Source: Botryllus schlosseri
Lineage: Eukaryota
DNA length: 60,000 nt
Direction of reading: 5' to 3'
Assembly (NCBI GenBank): GCA_051294905.1
Contig: CM119372.1
Coordinates: 12,588,001 to 12,648,000, forward strand
Shown here: positions 52,001-60,000 of the stretch, one piece after another
Position numbering within the stretch: the first letter of the stretch is position 1
Layout: each line of letters begins with the position of its first letter
Program-made: the position numbers and the translations under genes
The notes under the pieces: model-generated
Database searches by the model: none
What the model saw: only the letters and a program-made list of their open reading frames with translations
What the model was told of the DNA's origin: nothing

Positions 52001-55000
52001 AATCAAGAAGAATATAATGAATATCTACTTCATGTCGGGTTTGTGTCTTAAACGTCCGTTGAACAAGGAGTCTGGCTCAGCGAAGCCCTGAGGTTCGTGT
52101 GAACCCAAGTTACAGAACTCCTGTGTTAAACCAATGAATGAACAGAAGGCTTAAACGTCATTTTTTAAATACGGTTTAAATATGTCTCTTATGCACCAAC
52201 CAACAGCAACTGTGCCGTATTTTCCTTGACGCCAGCCCTTCGTCAGTGGTTGGTCTTGGCTTTTTCGGCAGCCAGTCCGCCGTGCCGTGGCTTGCGGCGT
52301 TCGTGACTGACGCCTCTTCCCACACGCTGCTGAGCGGTCACGTGGCTCGAAGGCGCAAGACTTCCGCCCGATTCAACGCCGAGGAGCTGCGGGAACTGCG
52401 ACGCAGGGCCTGGATCATGGCTTTCTACCTGCTGCGGTCGCCGGTATACGACCGGTTTACCAAGTATGTACCCTAGACCCGAAGCCTACTAAACTAAGTA
52501 TCGCAATACCCGCTCGTCATTGTAATATTTGTGATGCTCATATTGTCAGAGGTGGTCGGTAACGCAGTACTGTCGCATTTTAGGAGTACTCAATTTGGTT
52601 TTGCCCATTTGCACTGCGTGCTCAAGTGGATATGATTTTAGGCTACTTCAGCTTCTACTTGGGCACAATGAGCAGTTTTCCAGGCACAACTATGTACTTA
52701 CTCTGGATTTTAAAACTAGAGAGTAGATTAGAGACGAGTTGAAATCGCTTTTCTGAGTGTGGAATTGTCATAAGAACCACGTGAAATAGAGCCTGTAGCG
52801 CGGTGATTGAAAATATTTGTGTCATTTGTCGTTTTGCGTTAGTCTGGTTTGAAACTACTTAGTTGAGTTGAGCCTTTGATAAAAGTATAAATGTACTGGT
52901 TTTACTTTAGTACAGGGGTCTCAAAACTCAAATTTGCTCGCAGGCCTCTTCCCTAATTTTTGATGACGCCGTGGGCTACAGCATCAATAACGGGGGTAAT
53001 CAATGCATTTCCTAGCAAGCAGGCCTTATTTGACGGGACCACGCAGAAGGACATTGCACAATGCACATGCACATTGCACGCCCATCGTGAAAATGCCATT
53101 TAGTGTGTAGCGATACATGCCTTGGCACGAAATAAAATAACTTTTTCAAGTATTTCAATAAAATTGGTTTTGAACTTGCTTTCGACGCGGGTCGCGTGTA
53201 TCTTGTTCTCCCGCGTCATCCTCAAATATTCATGTCCCCCCCCCCCAACATATTGAAACTTGCTGATTTTGGTATTTCGCCGACTAATCGAACCGTTACT
53301 CCGCGATTGTGACGTCACACTACAGCTCAACAGTCATCACCGGTATTTTTCCGTATTGTCCCGTTATCGCGCCGGCGGGCTGTAAAAGCAACGCGTAAAA
53401 TACTCCCAACTAATAGAGCGGACTCTTTTACAAATAGTGCGCTGTGTGGCGATCCAAATTCGCATCGTTTTCGTCTAGTAAAGCCGCTATTCAAAGTATA
53501 GCAAATCAGCTCTCTTGGCCCGCGAGATTAAGCTGCGTAATCTCGCTTTGAGATCGCAAGTGTTGTTTGGATTGAGATCGCAAGTGTTGTTTGGTTCCGC
53601 TAATGACTTGTAATTCGTTGTTACAACACGGTCCGCGGATTCCGACGCTTCTTATCGCGATTTATTTTTCGCGCGGAGGGCTCGCGCGGCTACTAAATCA
53701 ACCGAACGTTATTGACTATAGCCCGGGTTATTGCAAACTCCTTCTATGAGACTACGGTTAGTCGGTGCTTGCTTGCGCAGCTGAGCGGGATGTAATTCGG
53801 TGAAGACATCTCAACAAATCCCGTGTGTTGTTCACTTGCCGGCATCGTAACAGCAGCGTAGAGATATTTTTCCACTTGTTGACTTTTGGGTGAAAGTTGA
53901 TTGTTGCGTTACGCTGGCGCGCATTGATCGACCAATGAAACGCTCGCGCCTTGTGCAATTGTGCATGATAGTGGGCCTGCTGCATTTGAATGTGCAGCAA
54001 TCACCAGAATTTACAATCGTAAATGTGAATTGTTGGTTACCAGTGAAATCGGTATCTTGGTGAATTTGGCATTTGCAATGTAAAAACTGGTAATGAAAGC
54101 GATGCATCAATATTGTATAAATGAATTCGAAAATGAATGTTGAACTGAATAGGAACGTGACTTGTGATATACGGCACCACTTGACGCACTCGGCACTTGG
54201 TAGTTGGACGGACAGCTAAAAAATCTTCTGCTCATTTAAATTAGATTAGAATTTGAATTCGCAAAAAGAATTGCTAATCGAATTAAATTACGAATTAAAA
54301 GAGACACAACAAAAATGAAGTACAGTTCATACCAAGGCAGAGTTCATTCTTATATGCATGACAATGTCTGTACAGTGTACACCAAACTTGGCTCGTTTCG
54401 CACCAAGTTCCGAATTCACTGGTAACCGAATCGCTGACTAGAACACATTAGTGCATGCACCTGATCGACGCGGACGCTCGGATCGCATCGGCGTAAATCC
54501 GCCTCTCGCGTGGCGATATGGTGATGACGTCGTGTTTTTTTTCTGGCGGGCAAAAGAAACAGTTACGGCTCGATGATCGCCTTGATACCGTATTGTTTGC
54601 GCGAGCGGCCCATTGTTTACTTAGCGTACCGGCTTCGAAGCCGATAACGCGAGGGTTTGGGGGAATTGAGAAATGCGTTTCGCTTCACGCCCTATTTGAT
54701 GCGTTCGATAATACACCCGGCTGGTTTTGATCGCTGCAGGTCAAATTCGCCTGCGGCGTAATTCTGATTGCTTGGTACTACGCCGGGATTGTGTTTTCTT
54801 GTATTATACATACACACAAGCAGGGTTGTAACCAAGTCACAAGGCTCCGAATCACAAGTCAATCTCACTTTTATAGTTTTGACTCGAGTTAAGTCGAGTC
54901 ATTTTCTATTCACCACCGAGCCAAGTCCGAGTCTAAGTCAGCGAGCAGCGGGTCGAGTCCAAGTCATTATGTTGACTGATCAGTTTCCAGTTAAAGTCTG

Positions 55001-56027
55001 TTAAGTCCACTTTTTATAACTCTGTTTGGTGATATCGGATGGTTCGCATTTATAATATTCTAATTTTCCCCACCTTTAGCAGTTTCTGGTCGCATTTTCA
55101 AGTACCTGAACCAATAGACGCAATCCCTATAGTGTGGCTACTTTACTATTGTCCGAAATGATAATGGAATGTCGGTCTTGGCCGTCTGAGTCTCGAGTCA
55201 TTTCCGTATTTTGAGAAAATGACTCTAGTCAAGTCGAGTCATCAGAAAATCATGACTCGAGTCATTACAACCCTTAATACAAGTATATGTAGTTGGCGTG
55301 TCGGCACTTGTGTTTGTTGAACGATTACTCATTAACTTCCGATTGTTTGTCCGGTAGTCGCTTGTACAGGAATGCGTACGCCTTTGATATAGTGCTGGAA
55401 ATTGATTGTTTTTACCGTGACCCGGTTCGCTTTGATAAAGCGCGATAATGGGAAACGCTGATGTCGAAGTTTGGCCGTGAAATGACTTCGGCTTGTTTGC
55501 GGTGATCCACATTCAAGTCGAAATACAAGTAATTTCTACTAAATAATTACTAGTTAGCCCTCTATTTTTCCGGACTACGACCTGACATTTCGATCTCGCC
55601 TTCCGACACATGCCACCTTTTTTGTCACCTGTCCTTTTAGATAATCTTCTTTTACTTTTCATTCAGTGTGCAACTGTGCATGCCTCCTTTTTTACATCGC
55701 CTAGGCCAGGTGTGTGTCTGATTTCAAAGACTACTCCAAGTCGTTTCGACACTTTCCTATCTTTCATTGTCTCACACTCACAGCCTTGTGGTGTATTGAA
55801 ATGATTAAATTCTTATCAATAAATTGAATTGAATTGAATTAGTTGACCTTCAACTAACTAGATTGGTAGTTCGTGCAAGTCCGACTGGAATGTTTTGCAG
55901 GACAAAGATTTTGAAGATCATCCAATTCTTGTGCGATCACGTGCCGCTGGCGCGCTACGCGCTGGAGCCAGTGGCCAGGTATCTGCCCGCTTGGCAGCAG
56001 GTCTACTTCTACGTGTGGAGCGAATAA
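40030..56027 (+). CDS. PEX16: Peroxisomal membrane biogenesis factor 16, 8 exons, 374 aa
   Basis: Exons 40030-40158, 40217-40301, 46377-46516, 47631-47711, 49617-49752, 50132-50341, 52247-52463 and 55901-56027 total 1125 nt, all GT-AG and in phase. Motifs RYVDYVDKNP, LVSEL, LQTHPYVKPLDR, YVGRRTG, ETLHILRPLIHL, ELRRRAWIMAFYLLRSPVYDRF and YLPAWQQVYFYVWS. AATAAA near 56586. Confidence 0.95.
40359..41062. mobile_element. hAT (Buster-like) MITE
   Basis: TIR CAGGGCCGGCCAACC...GGTTGGCCACCCCTG. Perfect TSD CCTTAGAC. Confidence 0.9.
41493..42113. mobile_element. Palindromic Tc1/mariner-type MITE (about 620 bp)
   Basis: Arms of about 300 bp: (TA)TAAGGGCTGTTCAAAAATAACC...GGTTATTTTTGAACAGCCCTCG(TA). 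TA target duplication. Confidence 0.85.
43089..45132 (-). CDS. Amidohydrolase_2 family protein (COG3618 / L-fucono-1,5-lactonase-like), 5 exons, 284 aa, nested in PEX16 intron 2
   Basis: Exons 45132-45002, 44121-44018, 43952-43762, 43695-43524 and 43345-43089 total 855 nt, GT-AG and in phase. Motifs IDTHFHIWD, VFVEA, FVGVR, LAYDLL, FVIDHLAKP, NVHCKLSGMVTEA, FGVDRVMFGSDWPV and NA..FYKL. AATAAA on the - strand at 43045-43040. Confidence 0.92.
46898..47546. mobile_element. Degenerate hAT (Buster-like) MITE
   Basis: CAGGGTGTCAAAC...GTTGGACACCCCTT. Imperfect TSD GTCTCAGT/GTCTATGT. GGCCCGC motifs. Confidence 0.55.
48178..48461. repeat. Small foldback/MITE-like inverted repeat
   Basis: TGAAGATCAGGCCGTCGGCACTTTCTGGTAC...GTACCAGAAAGTGCCGATGGCCTGATTTTCA, with inner GAGTCAAATACACCAAT...ATTGGTGTATTTGACTC. 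Confidence 0.75.
48505..49464. mobile_element. hAT-type MITE with GTGAAC arrays
   Basis: TIR TAGGGATGGTGTGAAC...GTTCACACCATCCCTA. TSD ATGACTAC/ATGACTTC. Confidence 0.85.
54821..55275 (+). mobile_element. hAT-type MITE (GAGTC arrays), same family as 58970-59553 in the opposite orientation
   Basis: CAGGGTTGTAAC...TTACAACCCTT. Extensive reverse-complement similarity to 58970-59553. Imperfect TSD CACACAAG/AATACAAG. Confidence 0.8.
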
Positions 56028-57036
56028 GGCGGGCTGTGGATGGCGACCGCTTTGAATGGAAAAGACGAAACGCGTCGGATCTGTGTGATCGGTCGCGTGT
56101 GTTGGGGTCGGCGGCGGACGCCCCTTCTCGTTTTGTATTGTGTTTTGTGTCGATGTGAAATATGCAATCGTTTTTGTTTTCTTACTCTGTACCGTGTGCG
56201 ATATCCCGATCGATTTTGTCTACGACATCACGATTAAGGCTGGCAAAATTCGAGTACCCGGAGATTTCAATTCCGATTCTAGTATTAAACCCTGGCCACT
56301 GTTAAAGCCCCGGTAACAATGGCGTTGGTAATTATTACTGATTCTGCACGTTTAGACTACTTGTCTGGCATGGTGGGAAAGATAGGTGGATTCTCCCTTC
56401 GCGTTTCAGCGCAAAATCATGGACGAATCTTGAGGTATTGCCTGCGTAGCGTGACGTTGACTACTGGCATACTTTCGTGGTTGTTTACTGTGCCAATGAA
56501 GCTTAAACGTTCGGCTGCCATTGGTTAATATTTATTTCGATTGTCGTTGAGATCATGGTGTGCAAGATGTCGATTTTTTTCAATCAATAAAGAATGCTCA
56601 ATTGCTCATTTTTATTGTGGACTGTTAAGACTACAAGACTGGGCTTCTCACGTGAGGTCGATCCTGCGTGCTGCAATATAATCTAGCTAGGTCAATTGTG
56701 TAGCAGAAACAAGAATGGCAGATAATTGTGTACTTTGAGGTGGGCGGTCGTCCAGGGACGCACCTGGTCGAAGCCCCCCTCTTTGGTTTAAGCGCTTTTT
56801 TCAAGGATTATAGCGAATAAACATGGAAATCCGTGTACCAATCAAGATGATTCCGTACATATGGGTCAATCATCAAATCTCTGCATGCGGTAGAGGTGCT
56901 TAGGTTTGATGTAGCTATCCTTGTACACATGCAATAATATATATGGCCTAATCCAGCACCTGGCTCAGACCTTTGCGTGGTGTGCTGGCTTATTACTAAT
57001 GTCAGCCGATAGCTTTAAAATTAGTGTGGTCTATTT

Positions 57037-58111
57037 TAGGGTTACCATATTTCAGCAACCCAAATTCCGGACACTCTTTAGCGCCCACTAGTGGATTTGA
57101 AAAGGAGTTATGACGTCACACCAGCAAAGCTTTGGTCATAGACCAGAGGTGGTCACGGTCCGGCTCAGGAGTATGTGGCTGTGTGCTGTATAACCAGGAC
57201 CGAAAGCACATGTTTTCAGCCCCTTCCGCCCAAATAAACAATGATTTTGAGCCCACACTAGGTACTTGCTATATGAATCTGGTCGATTATTTGAATGATT
57301 TCTGTCAATAACATTGTTCGTTCCATATATTATTATATAGATACTACTCTCCGCTCACATGATCAGAGTTAGCGGTAGTGCTGGTGGAGGATGATGAGCT
57401 CGAAAATACTGGGAGCGCAATTGCACATCGTTAAGTCATGTTCATGTCCTACCCAGAAGATTGTTAATCAGCCTTATGCCGGTGCGCACCACGGTGCTTT
57501 TTCAACACCCCACATCCAGTGGTTTCCAACCTTTTATGGTCGCGACTCCATCTATAATTTGAAAATGTTCCGTGGCCCAGATCAAAATTTTACGAGCTGA
57601 TTACCAAAAGAAGCACCTTTGCCCAGACTTACTCATGGGCTATTTTGGAAGCTGATTACGTTCAACATATTCGCAAACCCCAGAATAAAGGCAAACGACC
57701 CCCCCCCCCCCCCCCCCCGTTCGGAACCACTATCTTTGAATAAAGAATGTAAACGGCCTTAACGATCTCTAGGAATATACCGTTCTCATATTATTGCGAT
57801 TACAATTTGGTTTATTCCAGTAGATGAAGGTCGTTTTTATTTATATTTTATGGCAGTTTTTGCGATGGCGGTAGTCTCCATATTAAAATCAAAAAATGTG
57901 ATAGTAAATCGCGCGCAGCGCGAAGAAAAATATCATATATCAGCGTAAATATTCCCAAACTATATTGTTTTTATGCTGATTTACGAAAAAAATTATAAGC
58001 CTACGTCAAAATTCCGGACATTTGGCATATTTTAGAAATTCCTCCCGGACGCTAGTTGGAACAGTGAAATTCCGGACATGTCCGGGAAATTCCGGACGTA
58101 TGGCAACCCTA
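57037..58111. mobile_element. hAT-type MITE with CCGGAC motifs; probable small nested element at about 57517-57731
   Basis: TIR TAGGGTTACCATA...TATGGCAACCCTA. Perfect TSD GTCTATTT. Confidence 0.85.
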
Positions 58112-58616
58112 GTCTATTTAGCCTGCAGCAGTTGTATCGCTATTCTTTTATTTCACGCTGCATGCCATACATCTTCAACATGAAGACATGAGATGACTGG
58201 GTCACTTCTTTTATAGTATGACAAAAGAAGGCTCGAGAGCTAGAGCAATTCCGCATTTAAGCCAGCTTCAAAGCCGAGTTATAGGGTGTCATACACACAC
58301 AGCACGTAATTCCGTCCATATTGCACACTAATATTAAGTTGGTAGCAACATATGAGAAATAGGGGTGTTGGGAGCGGAGCTCCCAGAAGCTACGATTACA
58401 TACTTATAGGGGCCTCCCCCGGAAAGTCTCGCCAAGCCGCCCCCCCCCCCCTCCAATCGTAGGGCCACCGCTGTAAATGTATCCATTTAATTGTCAAGCT
58501 GATGGACCATACCGTCTCAGCAGAATTAGCGATCTAACTGTATACTGAAACCGAGAGAAGGTACTGCGAACATTATGCAGATTGTTAGAAAAATATATAG
58601 GTAATCTCAGCGCAAT

Positions 58617-58690
58617 GACGACGTGATAGCTCAGTGGTGGAGCGCTCGGCTTCTCGGTCGGCAGGTCGGTTGGTTCGGTTTTTGGCCAAC
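58617..58690 (+). mobile_element. tRNA-derived SINE head
   Basis: TAGCTCAGTGGTGGAGCGC (A box/D arm) ... GGTTCG (partial B box). No intact acceptor or T stems. Confidence 0.5.
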
Positions 58691-58957
58691 GACTCCTTAC
58701 TTGCCTGATAAACTCTTAAATCCACCGTGCAGGTATATCGTGGCCGTGGGTGCAGACGAACATGATCTTACTTCCTCTATCCATACACGATTCGGTATTA
58801 TAATTATACAGAATATTCAACCAACCTGTCTGCTGGGCACATAGCTTGACAGTACCATCACCATCAGTGTCCTACAATGGCTGTGTGCACAAAGCAGATC
58901 TCATTGCGATTGGGTTAGGCTACGTCATTGTTTTCATTTTACCAGATGCAATTTACG

Positions 58958-59890
58958 TAGGGTTACCATCAGGGTTGTAATGACTCGAGTCATGACTCGA
59001 CTCGAGTCAGACTCGAGTCACGATTTTCGGATGACTCGACTCGACTCGAGTCATTTTCTCAAAATACGGAAATGACTCGACTCGACTCGAGTCAATCAGT
59101 GTATTGACTCGACTTGGACTCGAGTCATTGCGCATGACTCGAAGCAAGTCATTGACTCGAGATTCAGAGGGCGAAGACCGACATTTCATTGTAATTTCGA
59201 AGCCAACACACTATTGGGATTTCGTTTGTTGGTCCTGGTGCTTGAAAATGCGACCAGAAACTGCTAAAAGTGAGGAAAATTGATATATTATAAATGCGAA
59301 CCATTCAATATCACCAAACAGAGTTAGAAAAGTGGGTTTAGGGAGACTTTAACTGGAAACTGAGCAGTCAACACAATGACTTGGACTCGGACTCGAGTCA
59401 TAATACAATGACTCGGACTCGAACCTCTGTTCGCTGACTTGGACTCGGACTTGACTCGGTGGGAATTGAAAATGACTCGACTTGACTCGAGTCAAAAATA
59501 CAAAAGTGAGATTGACTTGTGACTCGGAGCCTTGTGACTTGGTTACAACCCTGGTTACCATACGTCCTCCTTTAGGATTTCTCTTCCTTTTTCAGGACGC
59601 CTAAATGTCCTTTTTTTTTGAGATTTTTTGTTAAATGTATGGCAAATTCGACTGAGATACAGTAAATCAGCACTGAAGTAGCGCTCCGGCGGCTATTTCG
59701 GGAGCCGAGCCGGAAAGTTGACTGTCAACTACCTGATAATGTGAAAAAAAATGTATTTTGGGCACTGAGCGAGGAAGTTGACCTTTTTTCAATCAACCGA
59801 AAAAATTTACCATATTTTCAAGATTTTCCTCCGGGATTTTGATTTTGAAAAAATGTCCTCCTTTCCCGATTCCAAAATACGGTAACTCTA
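58958..59890. mobile_element. hAT-type MITE whose left TIR is interrupted by 58970-59553
   Basis: TAGGGTTACCAT|ACGTCC...TACGGTAACTCTA. Perfect TSD AATTTACG (58950-58957, 59891-59898). Confidence 0.8.
58970..59553 (-). mobile_element. hAT-type MITE with GACTC arrays
   Basis: TIR CAGGGTTGTAA...TTACAACCCTG. Perfect TSD GTTACCAT. Confidence 0.9.
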
Positions 59891-60000
59891 AATTTACGGC
59901 ACTGTTTAGACCACGAAATTTGATATCAATCGAAAGCTACCGCGGCACTGATTGTGTAAATATAAATTATATTGTGCTCGTGGTCTTCAACACTACTCGC

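Noticed and set aside
55800..55842. AATAAA plus (TTGAA)n as a gene end
   Set aside because: It lies in the last PEX16 intron and is more likely a LINE/SINE 3' tail remnant. There is too little sequence to classify it.

Overview
Eukaryotic, intron-containing, transposon-rich invertebrate DNA. An operon-like gene junction hints at a tunicate, but this is inference. Four host genes are supported. (1) The first four exons of a dual oxidase (DUOX, - strand, 2929 down to 538, continuing off the left edge). (2) An intronless CTDSPL2/SCP4 phosphatase (36535-37806 +). (3) An 8-exon PEX16 (40030-56027 +). (4) A 5-exon amidohydrolase_2 (L-fuconolactonase-like) gene nested antisense in PEX16 intron 2. 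Region 5442-29729 is a nest of hAT-type non-autonomous elements, each bounded by TIRs and an 8-bp TSD. The most striking feature lies inside this nest: a 14,790-bp near-perfect palindrome (6482-21271) with arms of 6,652 and 7,188 bp and a 950-bp spacer. It has Polinton/Maverick-type termini (5'-AGTAGT...ACTACT-3') and a 6-bp TSD (CACGTC/TACGTC). It carries subterminal GC-rich repeats, a 41-bp tandem array, a SINE present in both arms, and only decayed, unrecognised, outward-facing ORFs, with no intact pPolB, integrase or capsid gene. It looks like a non-autonomous snap-back (giant-TIR) Polinton derivative. No database searches were run, so all family calls rest on motif recognition.
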